In this document: positions 20,004 through 31,505 of the stretch, one piece after another
Layout: each line of letters begins with the position of its first letter
Numbering within the stretch: position 1 is the stretch's first letter
Assembly: GCA_040222015.1 (NCBI GenBank)
Contig: JAVJWO010000217.1
Coordinates: forward strand, 1 to 52,568
Length of the DNA stretch: 52,568 nt
From: Coleofasciculus chthonoplastes F2-STO-03
GTDB taxonomy: Bacteria > Cyanobacteriota > Cyanobacteriia > Cyanobacteriales > Coleofasciculaceae
Reading direction: 5' to 3'
The notes under the pieces: model-generated
Databases searched by the model: none
The model's input: only the letters and a program-made list of their open reading frames with translations
What the model was told of the DNA's origin: nothing
Translations under genes and position numbers: made by a program

Positions 20004-20306
20004 CTAAGGGCGTTCAGTGTTTTTTGGCGGTAAGGTACAGAGTCCATGAATGCCAATGGCGGCGATAATCCCCCCTAATAAAACGCCCACACCTTCAGCA
20101 AAACAATTGATTCGATGTCTGTTTTCTGCGGCTTGGGCAATGGATAAATCCCGCATTGTCGAGGATGGAGATTGAGACAACTGTTGATAATAAGTATGGT
20201 GACGCTCTAAGGCAACCCATTCTGGCAGAAGATAATAGGCACTGATAGCAGAGACAGCGAAACCGGGTAAGACGACAAACACGAGCAGAATTGCCGATTT
20301 TATCAT
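20004..20306 (-). CDS. Hypothetical two-TM membrane protein
   Basis: Two hydrophobic segments flanking a polar loop containing HRINCFAEG. Confidence 0.65.
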   Translation of the reverse strand: MIKSAILLVFVVLPGFAVSAISAYYLLPEWVALERHHTYYQQLSQSPSSTMRDLSIAQAAENRHRINCFAEGVGVLLGGIIAAIGIHGLCTLPPKNTERP

Positions 20307-20525
20307 CGTGATGACAAGCTATCGGAACATAGGATGAGAGTGCGAAGAAATCTATAGTTTTTAGTTCCTCTGAACTGAAACTATCGGTTCAGTGATTATT
20401 ATGAACTGGTCTAGACTGAGTTGGCTTGAAAAAACAGGAACATCAACCACCAAAACCCCCATTTTTCTTGATGTTTTATGTCTTCCCTACCACAGTCCTG
20501 AATCCTGAACCGATAGTCAAGAGTG

Positions 20526-21719
<1,194 letters not shown>

Positions 21720-21784
21720 TCAGGTTTCGGGTACTCTCGAACCATTAAAATCAGCGATCGCACCATAAATCATCCTACAGGCTC

Positions 21785-22249
21785 ATGACTCAACCGTCTC
21801 TACCCGCCAACTGTACCCTCCGACGCGCCTACTCTGGGGATCGGGGCGCGATTTTCCGATTGGTACTGGGGGCAAAACTTGATCCGACTCAGTTACGATG
21901 GCAGCAATTCTGGGTGATTGAATGTCAGGGACAGGTGGTGGCTTGTGGACAGTTGCGCCAGTTTGCTGACGCCCAAGAGTTGGGCAGTTTGGTTGTCGCC
22001 CGACGGCGGCGCGATCGCGGTTTGGGAACGTTGCTGACGCAACATCTGATTCACCAAGCCAGCCACCCCCTCTATCTGGAATGCTTAGGAACACGCCTAG
22101 CCCAGTTCTACAGGCGCTTTGGCTTTGTGCCAGTTTCCTGGCAAGAGTTGCCGCGATCGCTTAAAATTAAATTTAGTTTGTCTCGTATGGCAAAAATTAT
22201 TTTGCGACTCCCCGTAGAAATTATGCACCTGACATCAACCTCTCAATAA
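21785..22249 (+). CDS. GNAT family N-acetyltransferase
   Basis: ELGSLVV...RDRGLGT acetyl-CoA motif; FYRRFGF. Confidence 0.85.
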   Translation: MTQPSLPANCTLRRAYSGDRGAIFRLVLGAKLDPTQLRWQQFWVIECQGQVVACGQLRQFADAQELGSLVVARRRRDRGLGTLLTQHLIHQASHPLYLECLGTRLAQFYRRFGFVPVSWQELPRSLKIKFSLSRMAKIILRLPVEIMHLTSTSQ

Positions 22250-22598
22250 CTTAAACCTTGTTAAATTTTTAAATTTTTATTCTTCTGGGTAAAAATAAAG
22301 TTTTGTCCTGAGGTTTTCTTAATCTCAAACCCTTACACCCTACGGAATAACACTTAATAACATTTTTTTATAATTCCACGAGGTACGGGAGATTCTCTTT
22401 TCTGACAAAATCTCAACAATTCGATTGTTATGTAACAATTATTATTATTTTCAGGAAAACATAACAAATTCGATTGACTTACCCAATATAAGTAGCTACA
22501 GTAACTAAGTGGCTATACTCCTGAAGATAGATGTTGAATCTATCTAGCAGTCGTTTAATTAATAGTGACAACTGTCCTACTTCATACGGTGTGATTAC

Positions 22599-23141
22599 AT
22601 GACAAAATTTATGAAATTTACCTCACTTGCTGCCTTGACGGTTACTACCACCGCTGCTACCGTCAGCCTAGCTAATGTCTCACCCGCTACAGCCGCTTCA
22701 ATGAAATATGATCTACAAATCAATGGTATAGAAGTTGAAGCAGGAATATTGGGTGGTTCAACAACAATAAATGTAGCTGCAGGTTCCTTCACCACTAACG
22801 ATTCAATGGATGTAATTGAATCCGTTGCTCTAAAGTTGGGGAGTCTCCGATTTAATCAAGGGGAATTTGTCACTGATGGCGCCCAAACCAATATTCTGTT
22901 CAGCACTTCTTCTGAGAGTCTCACTCTATTTGCCCTACCGCCACTGCCCCAGGAAATTGGTGGTATGGTAAGTGGACAAGCCACTTTGGCAAATGGAGAT
23001 TTAACTGACTCTGTATCCTACAAAGTAACTAAACTTGTCTCTGTTCCTGAACCCCTGACACTCCTGGGTTCAGCCGCCGCATTAGGCTTTGGATTCGTAC
23101 TCAAGCAAGAGAATTCGAGAAAGAAGAATAAAGTTAACTAG
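22599..23141 (+). CDS. PEP-CTERM sorting domain protein
   Basis: Signal peptide; VPEPLTLLGSAAALGFG + basic tail. Confidence 0.85.
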   Translation: MTKFMKFTSLAALTVTTTAATVSLANVSPATAASMKYDLQINGIEVEAGILGGSTTINVAAGSFTTNDSMDVIESVALKLGSLRFNQGEFVTDGAQTNILFSTSSESLTLFALPPLPQEIGGMVSGQATLANGDLTDSVSYKVTKLVSVPEPLTLLGSAAALGFGFVLKQENSRKKNKVN

Positions 23142-23250
23142 TCATCCTAATCTATAGTTTTTGAGTTTTATTTGGGGCATCGCTAGGGGCGCAAACTTGC
23201 GCCTCTACAGTCTATTTAGATACAAATTAGATAGTTCTACTGAGGTTTGC

Positions 23251-24123
23251 CTACTCCCCCCGCAATGCCTCTAATTCTTCTGGCAAGGATAAAGGATTAT
23301 ATCCTAAAGCAAACGCCTTGGAACTATCCAAGGAAACATCTGGAGGTCTTGGCGCTGCCATTTTTATCTCGGCTTGCTGACAATAGTTTAATCCTGCTTT
23401 GGGTAATTGTAACACATCCACCAGGAGACGACCAAATTCATAGCGTGATATCCGCTCTTTCCCGCCCAGATGCAGGTAGCCTTGAACCTTATCGAGGGCT
23501 AACAATAACCCTCTAGCGGCGGTGTTTCCACTCACAGGCGTGCGAAATTCATCAACAAATAATTTTAACTCCTCTCCCGCTTGTAAAATTTCTATAAAGG
23601 GCTGAATAAAGCTAGTCGCTGTTGGTGTCGCCTGACCAAACATTAAAGGCATTCGGCAAATGGCTGTCTGAGGATAACGGCTTAACATCAGATTTTCAGC
23701 CCTAACTTTTTGCTCTCCATAATAACTAATTGGCGAAACCGAATCAGTTTCCCGATAGGGTGGGTTTAAACCATTGAATACCAGATCAGTGGAAGTAAAT
23801 ACACAAGGAATACCATAATCTGCACAAAGTCCCGCGATATCGCCAGACGCTGTAACATTTATCGCTTCCGTTTCCTGGGGATGCACCTGACAAAAATTAG
23901 GATTCGATTGAGCCGCCGTATGAATAACTGCGTCAGGTTTAATAGTTTGAAAAATCTGTTTGAGTTCCTGAAAATGGGTTAAATCAACTTTTAGTATGTT
24001 TATATCTGGACTATTGACGGATTTAGAAAGGCAAGTTCCATAGACATTCCATTCTCGTTTTGACAACTGGCAAGTATGCCAACCTAAAAATCCACTAACA
24101 CCTGTAATCAATAACCTTTTCAT
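23251..24123 (-). CDS. RmlD-like NAD(P)-dependent oxidoreductase (dTDP-4-dehydrorhamnose reductase family)
   Basis: ITGVSGFLG, STDLVF.G, YGEQK, RPPDVSLD motifs. Confidence 0.85.
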   Translation of the reverse strand: MKRLLITGVSGFLGWHTCQLSKREWNVYGTCLSKSVNSPDINILKVDLTHFQELKQIFQTIKPDAVIHTAAQSNPNFCQVHPQETEAINVTASGDIAGLCADYGIPCVFTSTDLVFNGLNPPYRETDSVSPISYYGEQKVRAENLMLSRYPQTAICRMPLMFGQATPTATSFIQPFIEILQAGEELKLFVDEFRTPVSGNTAARGLLLALDKVQGYLHLGGKERISRYEFGRLLVDVLQLPKAGLNYCQQAEIKMAAPRPPDVSLDSSKAFALGYNPLSLPEELEALRGE

Positions 24124-24162
24124 GTGATTAGATTGACTGATTTGTACATCTTAAGTAAATAA

Positions 24163-24228
24163 GGGCGGGTTTTGTTGTTCAGCTATTGGTAACAAGCAAG
24201 ATTTAGTGGCTAAACCCGCCCCTCCTAC
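24163..24228. repeat. REP-like palindrome gggcgggttt...aaacccgccc
   Basis: Inverted repeat; related copies at 25915-25973, 33322-33388 and 40952-41011. Confidence 0.8.
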
Positions 24229-24285
24229 AATTAAAGCCTTAGACTACGCTCATTTTTCCTTTAGATATTCAAATGTAACCTCCCA

Positions 24286-24663
24286 TCACTTTGACTCACA
24301 GGTTAGTACTTCATTAACAGGGGCAAATCCTTCGGGGTCATCATACCCAACTAACTCAGAATAGTAATTTTTGTTTTGCAGGAGAATAACCCGCGCTGTG
24401 TCCAAGGGGGTATCATGAAACGTGAGTTCCCGTTTGGTTGTCAGGGTAATATTTTCATCCACAATTGAGGGAAACTGTTCATAAGTAACAATTGTGCTTC
24501 CCTCGTCTTCTGTAATGGTAATATATGACCTCATGCCCAAAGGATTGGGTTTGCCAGACTCAGGATTATATTGACAGACTCTACTACTGCTAGAAGCGGC
24601 GCAACTCAACGGAAAAATTGCAAAAGCCAGTAGCATGATCAATCGTGACAAATTAATTTTCAT
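24286..24663 (-). CDS. Hypothetical protein, putative lipoprotein
   Basis: N-terminal hydrophobic stretch ending PLSC (lipobox-like). Confidence 0.65.
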   Translation of the reverse strand: MKINLSRLIMLLAFAIFPLSCAASSSSRVCQYNPESGKPNPLGMRSYITITEDEGSTIVTYEQFPSIVDENITLTTKRELTFHDTPLDTARVILLQNKNYYSELVGYDDPEGFAPVNEVLTCESK

Positions 24664-24911
24664 AATCAAGCCTTTGAATGAAGTTTGAGGATGTCGAATA
24701 TCACAGACTGGTATGCTGGTGGGTTCTTGCGAAGTCGAAACGGTGGGTCTTTCCGAAGTCGAAACCCACCCTAAGGTATATCAAAAGGTTTTGGCGATCT
24801 CATAATGCTTAAGGAGCGTGCCATTCGAGCTAAGTCGATATCAGATACAGTTTGCTTTTTGGCTATTCAACTGATAGTTTAGCATAATAAGTTCTGTCAA
24901 ACCTCACTGTC

Positions 24912-25421
24912 ATGTCCACTGATTTTAGCGATCATAATTTTAGGCGTTCAGAGCGGGCGTCTACTTATGCTAACTTGTACGGTTTATTACGAAGCAAACG
25001 CTGGAGAGATGCTGACATTGAAACTCGACGGTTAATGTTAACAATTGTGGGTGCGAATCAAAAACCCGACTGCTTACTCCGTCAAGATAATATTCAGCAA
25101 TTTCCCTGTCATGATCTGGTTTACATTGACCAACTTTGGCGACACTTCAGCAATGAGCGCTTTGGATTTCAGACGATTTATCAAATTTATGTAGAGGTTA
25201 ATAAAGATTACGCGGCGTTGTCTGAACGGGTTGGTTGGCGTAGGGGTAAAAAATGGATCGGCTGTAATGATGTCATTTTTACAGATGATGCACCAATTGG
25301 ACATTTACCCATTACTTGGTTAGTACCAACCACATTTTGGATGTATTGGTTGGCGCGTTTTGCCAGTGTAGGTTGGCGTTTACTGTTGGAGCGTTGGGAA
25401 ACTTGTCACCCTTTACAATAA
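24912..25421 (+). CDS. GUN4 domain protein
   Basis: WRDADIET, FPC.DL..IDQLW..FS.ERFGF, VGWR, APIGHLP motifs. Confidence 0.85.
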   Translation: MSTDFSDHNFRRSERASTYANLYGLLRSKRWRDADIETRRLMLTIVGANQKPDCLLRQDNIQQFPCHDLVYIDQLWRHFSNERFGFQTIYQIYVEVNKDYAALSERVGWRRGKKWIGCNDVIFTDDAPIGHLPITWLVPTTFWMYWLARFASVGWRLLLERWETCHPLQ

Positions 25422-25437
25422 TCTCTATGCTGCTTGA

Positions 25438-25686
25438 TTAACTATCCTGATCACTAGAATTCATTTCTTGTAAAGACTGCCACCCCGGTTGCCAGAGAGC
25501 GCGGTCTTTAAGCTGTTTAGCATTCAACCAAAAGCGAACCGTAGGATCACAAGATGCCACCATTTCAGCAAAAACCCATTGACCCTGATTTTTGCGGTTG
25601 ACCACTTGAAAATGTCGCCAACCCCAGGTTTGTTGCGTAGCTGTCCATTTAGAACCAACCAGATAGGGAAATTTTTGTTTTGCCAT
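25438..25686 (-). CDS. TIGR02450 family Trp-rich protein
   Basis: LVGSKWTA...WRHFQV...W.PGW pattern. Confidence 0.8.
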   Translation of the reverse strand: MAKQKFPYLVGSKWTATQQTWGWRHFQVVNRKNQGQWVFAEMVASCDPTVRFWLNAKQLKDRALWQPGWQSLQEMNSSDQDS

Positions 25687-25914
25687 TAATAATTGGGAAC
25701 GTAAGCTGTTATGCCTTTAAATTGAGAATGGGTAGCGAGCAAGATGCTCGCATTACAAAGGTTTTGCCATTTTTGACATTAAGGTTTAAATGAATGTCAC
25801 TGAAATAAGCATTTTTGTATCGCCGAAACCTTTGATATACAGTAGGGTGGGTTTCGACTTCGCCATGGACCACCAGCACACCAGTCAGTGACATTTTACC
25901 TAAACCCGTGATCT

Positions 25915-25973
25915 GTAGGGGCGGGTTTTACTACTATCTTTTCATTTTGATCCAAATGTAACTAAACCCGCCC
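25915..25973. repeat. GTAG-type REP-like palindrome
   Basis: gtaggggcgggtttt...aaacccgccc; shares sequence with 40952-41011. Confidence 0.8.
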
Positions 25974-26045
25974 CGATCAAGTGTTAAATTAACTCAACCA
26001 TCTCCCCCATCTTCTCCATCTCCCTCATTCCTCATTTCTCATTCC

Positions 26046-26648
26046 TCATCCCTTACGCTGAGACAACAGGCGTGCTGCAACAATTCCACCAATAAAGCCA
26101 AATAAATGCCCTTCCCAGGATACACCAGGAACCGTTGGTAAAACACCCCAAATTGCGCCTCCATAGAGAAATCCCACGATCAGTGAAAGTAAAATAGAGG
26201 GAACATTGCGTTGAAAATAACCACGCAATAGCAGAAAACCGAGATAACCAAAGACTACACCGCTAGCGCCAATGTGAACACCAGGAGAACCAATTAGCCA
26301 TACCCCTAAACCACTGACAACCATGGTGATGCCGGTGACAATAAAAAAGTCGCTGGTTTCTTGTAACATGACAAACCAGCCGAGGGTGAGGAAGGGGATA
26401 GTATTGGCAATTAGGTGAGGTAAACCACCATGGAGAAATGGGGCAAATAGAATACCCCTTAACCCAATAATTGTCCGGGGTAAAATACCATAGCTGTCGA
26501 GTGCGCCTTGGAAAATAACTAAATCAATAAGTTCTAAACCCCACATCACCGCGACGAGTCCGCCTAAAATGGTAGCCTGGGTTTTGACTTCACGGGCAAG
26601 GGCTTGGGTTTGTTGACGGACAAGTTTTCGGGTTTCCCGGTTACTCAT
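26046..26648 (-). CDS. Rhomboid family intramembrane serine protease
   Basis: FLHGG..HL..N, HIGASG, SWEGHLFG motifs. Confidence 0.9.
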   Translation of the reverse strand: MSNRETRKLVRQQTQALAREVKTQATILGGLVAVMWGLELIDLVIFQGALDSYGILPRTIIGLRGILFAPFLHGGLPHLIANTIPFLTLGWFVMLQETSDFFIVTGITMVVSGLGVWLIGSPGVHIGASGVVFGYLGFLLLRGYFQRNVPSILLSLIVGFLYGGAIWGVLPTVPGVSWEGHLFGFIGGIVAARLLSQRKG

Positions 26649-26679
26649 GGCTTGACCCTCTGAGATAGATTGTTGAGTA

Positions 26680-28126
26680 GTGAACTACTCAGGCTTACTT
26701 CGTTGAAGCCTGAGCTTCTGGTTTCGCTGGGGATTGCGTCAGCTTAGTACAGACGCGCCATGGCGCGTCTCTACGCCCAAGCTTCGGTCTCACATCCCCT
26801 CCACCAGCAACAGTCCCAGTCCCTGAGACCGATAAATTTTGTTGAGCCTGTCGAAGCATTCTGACACCTTCCGCTCTAATATTTGCTGAGGCATTACCAT
26901 CTCTATCATGATGAGTGCTACAGTTAGGACAAGTCCAATTCCTAACCTCTAGCGGCATCTCGTCTACCTGATAATGACAGTTTGAGCAGAGTTTTGAACT
27001 AGGAAACCATCGGTCAATCTCTACCAGTACCTTACCCTCTTTTTCGAGCTTGTATGACAAGAAATTGACAAACATTCCCCAGCCTACATCAGAAATTGCT
27101 TTGGCTAGTTTATGGTTCCGAACCATGCCTTTAGTATTTAGACTTTCGACTACGATAACTTGGTTTTCGTCAACAAGCTTTCTCGATAGCTTATGTAAGT
27201 AGTCTTGACGGACATTACTAACTCGTTCGTGAACCCTAGCCACCAGTTTCCTGGCTTGATCTCTTGACTTGCTTCCCTTCTCCTTTCTAGCTAATTTTCG
27301 TTGCTTTCTCGCTAAGTTACGCTCATGCTTGGCTAAATGTTTGGGGTGATCAAACTTAGAGGTTTTCACCCCATCGTTAACAATGGCAAAATCCTTTAAT
27401 CCCAAGTCAATCCCGGCAATTTTACCTTCACTTCGACTTGCGAGAGTGCTGACAGGAGGATTATCCCCTTCTACCTCGGTTAATACAGATGCAAAATACT
27501 TACCCGATGGCGTCATGCTAACCGTTACTGTCTTGATAGTTCCTTCAATTGGTCGGTGTATTTTAGCTTTGACTACGCCAACACGACCGGGAAACTTGAG
27601 GCAACCATCAACAACTTTAACCGATTGAGGATACTGAATGGATTGCTTATTCTTTTTGGCTTTAAACCTTGGGTATCTAGCTCTACATTCAAAGAAGTTT
27701 TTATAGGCAGTTACCAGATTAAGCGTCGTCGATTGTAGCACCTGAGAATAGCACTCAGATAACCATTGCGTTTCCTCCTGTTTTTTGAGCTTAGGTAAAA
27801 AGGCATTCAATGCAGAACGAGTCAAGCCTTTGCCCGTTGCCTGATAGGTTTCAATGCACAAATTAAGTGCATAATTCCACCACCAACGAGCGCAGCCAAA
27901 GTGTTGAGCTAATATCTCTTGCTGTTCAGTTGTTGGATATAGCCTAACTTTGATGGCTTGATGTCGCATCGCTTTCACCTCCTCTTACCACTATATATCA
28001 TTTAAGTTAAGCAAGTCCTGAAGATGGGAAATTTCGTTCCTCAAATTTAACCCTGAGCGGAGTCGAAGGGTTCCCGCTGTCCATCCTCACCCTACTTCGC
28101 CCTTGGGTGAGGACTTCCGCGACGCC
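26680..28126 (-). mobile_element. IS200/IS605 family element with tnpB only (IS1341-type)
   Basis: Left-end hairpin tcctcaccc...gggtgagga after TTTAA(C) on the minus strand; right-end hairpin ctcaggctt...aagcctgag ending TTCAC at 26680; no tnpA inside. Confidence 0.8.
26695..27978 (-). CDS. tnpB: RNA-guided endonuclease TnpB
   Basis: N-terminal KVRLYPT HTH; RuvC-I GIDLG, RuvC-II VVESL, Zn finger CSNC/CPNC, RuvC-III DRDGNA all present. Confidence 0.95.
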   Translation of the reverse strand: MKAMRHQAIKVRLYPTTEQQEILAQHFGCARWWWNYALNLCIETYQATGKGLTRSALNAFLPKLKKQEETQWLSECYSQVLQSTTLNLVTAYKNFFECRARYPRFKAKKNKQSIQYPQSVKVVDGCLKFPGRVGVVKAKIHRPIEGTIKTVTVSMTPSGKYFASVLTEVEGDNPPVSTLASRSEGKIAGIDLGLKDFAIVNDGVKTSKFDHPKHLAKHERNLARKQRKLARKEKGSKSRDQARKLVARVHERVSNVRQDYLHKLSRKLVDENQVIVVESLNTKGMVRNHKLAKAISDVGWGMFVNFLSYKLEKEGKVLVEIDRWFPSSKLCSNCHYQVDEMPLEVRNWTCPNCSTHHDRDGNASANIRAEGVRMLRQAQQNLSVSGTGTVAGGGDVRPKLGRRDAPWRVCTKLTQSPAKPEAQASTK

Positions 28127-28127
28127 G

Positions 28128-30065
28128 TTAAAAATTTTCGATCGCGACGGGTTCAATCGGTTCAGCTAACTCAAATCCGAATATCCGTGAATAAAAGTAT
28201 AACTCGGCTTCTAAGGTGCGCTTGATGTTCTCCGCCCGTCGGAATCCATGCTGTTCTTCGGGGTAAGTGATATATGCTACAGGTAATCCCTTGGCTTTTA
28301 ACGCCTTCACCATCGTCTCGGCTTGATTCGGGGGAACCACTTTATCCTCTAACCCTTGGAAGAAAATTACTGGACAGGACAATTGGTTGGTAAAATGGAT
28401 AGGCGATCGCGCTTTGTATAAGTCTTGGCGTTCTGGATAGGGACCAATTAACCCATCCAGGTAACGGGATTCAAATTTGTGGGTATCGGTGGCTAAGGTT
28501 TCTAAGTCGCTGACGCCGTAATAACTCGCCCCGGCTTTAAAGATATCTCGGAAGGTAAGGGCGGCTAATGTAGTATACCCCCCAGCGCTACCGCCTGCGA
28601 TCGCTAACCGTTCTCCATCCACGAATCCTTGTTCAGCCAGGTACTTTGCACCATTGGCGCAGTCATCGACATCGACAATTCCCCACTGATTCTGGAGGCG
28701 TTGGCGATAGTCGCGTCCATACCCTGTACTTCCACCATAGTTAACATCTAAGAAGGCAAAACCGCGACTGGTCCAATATTGGATCTTGAGATTAAAGGTA
28801 CTGGATGTGGATGCAGTTGGTCCACCATGACTTTTGACAATCAGAGGCGGTTTCTCGGTTTCGGGTGCTTGATAGTCTTTATTTTGGGGTGGATAGAAGA
28901 AGCCGTAAGCCGTTTGACCGTTTTCGGTAGGAAATGCGATCGCCTCGGGGATGGAGAGATATCCTTTATCTATATCTAATGTTGTCGATTCACGCAAAAC
29001 CTCTATCTGTTGGCTAGCTAAGTTCATTTGTACCACGGCGGTGGGTTCGGTAGCGGAACCGCCAATAAAGACGACGCGATTTTCTGTCACTTGCACCGAT
29101 GAAATACTGGTATAAGGGGTTTCAATCGGGTTAAATTGTTTCGTCTGGAGATTGATATTCCCCAAGCGCCATCGACCTTGTACAGTATAGGCACAGATTA
29201 GGCGATCGCGCGATGAGATGCCATAAGTAGACATACCAAACACCCATTGAGGAAGACCAAACTCCGCCTCCATTTCACACAGAGGTTCTATCCCTTGCTG
29301 ATTCCAGCGATAAAGATTCCACCACCCTGTCCGATCCCAAACAAAGTATAATGTGCCATCGGGTGACCATTCAGGTTTAAAGATTGACTCGTCAACCCCA
29401 CCTGCAATACATTGCGCTTCACCTAATAATCCATTCCCTTGAATCGACGCCACCCACAGTTGTGTCCCATCCCATGGCATATTGGGATGATTCCATGTCA
29501 ACCAGGCTAACTGAGAACCATCTGGACTTAATCGAGGTGAGGCGTAGAAGTCATTTCCTGTAGCGATAATTTGGATATCGTTACGATTATTTAACGGAAT
29601 ACTGACTAAGGTGTTAATTGGTTCCTTTCCCTCATCACTGTGATCTTCGCGCACACAAATCAGCCGTTGTCGCTGGGAGTCAATTACCAGATCAGCATAG
29701 CGGAGAGTTCCCCCTGACTCTGGGGTGATGGGTTGAGGTTCTGCATCACCCGTCTGCTGGTAAAGGCGCTGATCCTGATAATTGGCAAAATAAATAATCC
29801 CATCTTTGACCGTGTAAGCACCACCACCATATTCATGAACGCGAGTACGCACATTAAAAGGAGAGGGGGTAATATCTGCGATCGCGCCATTCGCCTGATG
29901 TCGTACAATCACATTACGTCCCGCTTCCATCGGTCGCGCTTCGATCCAGTAAGTATCGGTATCATCCAGGGTAATACTCCCCAAGCCAATCGTACCAGCC
30001 ACGATGAGTTCGGCTGCGATCGGAGAGTTCCAGGAACCGTAGGGAGCAAGTTGAGGTTGAGTCAT
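28128..30065 (-). CDS. S9 family peptidase (dipeptidyl aminopeptidase/acylaminoacyl peptidase)
   Basis: HGGP, GGSAGG nucleophile, DKVVP and EQHGF catalytic triad motifs; N-terminal APYGSWNSPI. Confidence 0.92.
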   Translation of the reverse strand: MTQPQLAPYGSWNSPIAAELIVAGTIGLGSITLDDTDTYWIEARPMEAGRNVIVRHQANGAIADITPSPFNVRTRVHEYGGGAYTVKDGIIYFANYQDQRLYQQTGDAEPQPITPESGGTLRYADLVIDSQRQRLICVREDHSDEGKEPINTLVSIPLNNRNDIQIIATGNDFYASPRLSPDGSQLAWLTWNHPNMPWDGTQLWVASIQGNGLLGEAQCIAGGVDESIFKPEWSPDGTLYFVWDRTGWWNLYRWNQQGIEPLCEMEAEFGLPQWVFGMSTYGISSRDRLICAYTVQGRWRLGNINLQTKQFNPIETPYTSISSVQVTENRVVFIGGSATEPTAVVQMNLASQQIEVLRESTTLDIDKGYLSIPEAIAFPTENGQTAYGFFYPPQNKDYQAPETEKPPLIVKSHGGPTASTSSTFNLKIQYWTSRGFAFLDVNYGGSTGYGRDYRQRLQNQWGIVDVDDCANGAKYLAEQGFVDGERLAIAGGSAGGYTTLAALTFRDIFKAGASYYGVSDLETLATDTHKFESRYLDGLIGPYPERQDLYKARSPIHFTNQLSCPVIFFQGLEDKVVPPNQAETMVKALKAKGLPVAYITYPEEQHGFRRAENIKRTLEAELYFYSRIFGFELAEPIEPVAIENF

Positions 30066-30300
30066 CGTTAATTCGATTATGCTGTCGTTCGTTAATTTTA
30101 CCTACTTCACGACAGGAGCACTTGGAGTATATGAAGAGTGGTGTAAGATGCGGTTTCTGGGGAATTAGCGACGTTTCCGTTAACTCTCCTCAATTCAATG
30201 ATTTTGAGTACCATCCCTAAATTAAGTATATTTACCTAAGCTTATACTAACTCACTTTATTAAGTTGTGTCAAGTTTACCTGAATTTGGAGATATATATT

Positions 30301-31023
30301 ATGAACCGTCAAAGTGCATTTGCCGTCGCCTGTGCCGTTAGTGCTACCACCGCTTTGGGAGTTGTGGCGAGTCCAGCTGGGGCAATTGATCTGAAGCAAC
30401 TTATCGACACCAACGACATGATCGTAAGTGGAGACAAAAAGTTTAGTGACTTCTTTTTCTCTGCTACTTGCGATGCTCTTTCGGAATGCAGTCCGATTGA
30501 AGCAAACGACATTGAAGTGAATCCAATTGTCGATGGAATGGGTAACTTCGGGATAAACTTTAATGGTGTGTTCCGAGCTATTAGTGGTGTTATCAATGAT
30601 GTAGAACTTCGGTATACTGTAGAGGTTACAGATCCCAACTACTGGATTAGTGCTGTCCACCTAGATGCAGATTTTAATGAAAACGATGGAATAGTCAACA
30701 TTACTGAGACTCTCAATGATATGAGTGGCAACCGTCTTGGACAGATAGAGGTTGATAATGATCCAACTTCACCTGTTGGCCTACCACCAGCTTGGGTAGA
30801 TTTAACAACACCTGCGAAGAAGCTTCTTGTTAAGAAAGATATCGGCTTTGTTGGTTTTAATGAAAAGGGAGAGTCTCAGCCAGTTTTCTTTTCAATCGTA
30901 GATCAGACTTTTTCTCAAAAGCGGGAAACTGTACCCGAACCCGGCGCAGTAACTGGTTTACTCGCCATCGGTTCCTTAAGCGTTGGTGCAATGCTGAAGC
31001 GGCACTTTGGCAAGAAAGCCTAA
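30301..31023 (+). CDS. PEP-CTERM sorting domain protein
   Basis: Signal peptide from ATG at 30301; VPEPGAVTGLLAIG + basic tail. Confidence 0.85.
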   Translation: MNRQSAFAVACAVSATTALGVVASPAGAIDLKQLIDTNDMIVSGDKKFSDFFFSATCDALSECSPIEANDIEVNPIVDGMGNFGINFNGVFRAISGVINDVELRYTVEVTDPNYWISAVHLDADFNENDGIVNITETLNDMSGNRLGQIEVDNDPTSPVGLPPAWVDLTTPAKKLLVKKDIGFVGFNEKGESQPVFFSIVDQTFSQKRETVPEPGAVTGLLAIGSLSVGAMLKRHFGKKA

Positions 31024-31134
31024 GCTGAATATCTAGGCTACACGCACAAAATATAACAATTCAGTAGCTGAAATTTTGCCGCCGTTAACCACCCAGTTGG
31101 TAGGGCGGATTTTTCTTGGTTATTAATGTTTTGG

Positions 31135-31411
31135 CAACATCTGTAGGGGCGACCCGCTGTATTAACATAGGAGAACCAACCTATCAATGTGATCGGGTCG
31201 CCCGACCCATGATACCGTCAACAAAATCAAAATTCACCCAACCCATCCATTGATATTATCGGGGAAACCCAACATCTGTAGGGGCGACCCGCTGTATTAA
31301 AATAGGAAAACCCACCGATCAATGTTATCGGGTCGCCCGCCGCATAATACGGTCAAAAAAATAAAAATGCACCCAACCCATCCATTGATATTATCGGGGG
31401 AACCCAACATC
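31135..31411. repeat. Two tandem 135-bp units, each containing a GTAG-type palindrome (BIME/REPIN-like)
   Basis: caacat recurs at 31135, 31270 and 31405; each unit has gggcgacccg...cgggtcgccc. Confidence 0.85.
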
Positions 31412-31505
31412 AATTATCAAAAATTATTTCAAACCCTCTACATTTAGACTAGGGCGAGTCGAGACAGGTTAATTGTCACACCTCAATATTTGTGCAGCGA
31501 CTCGC

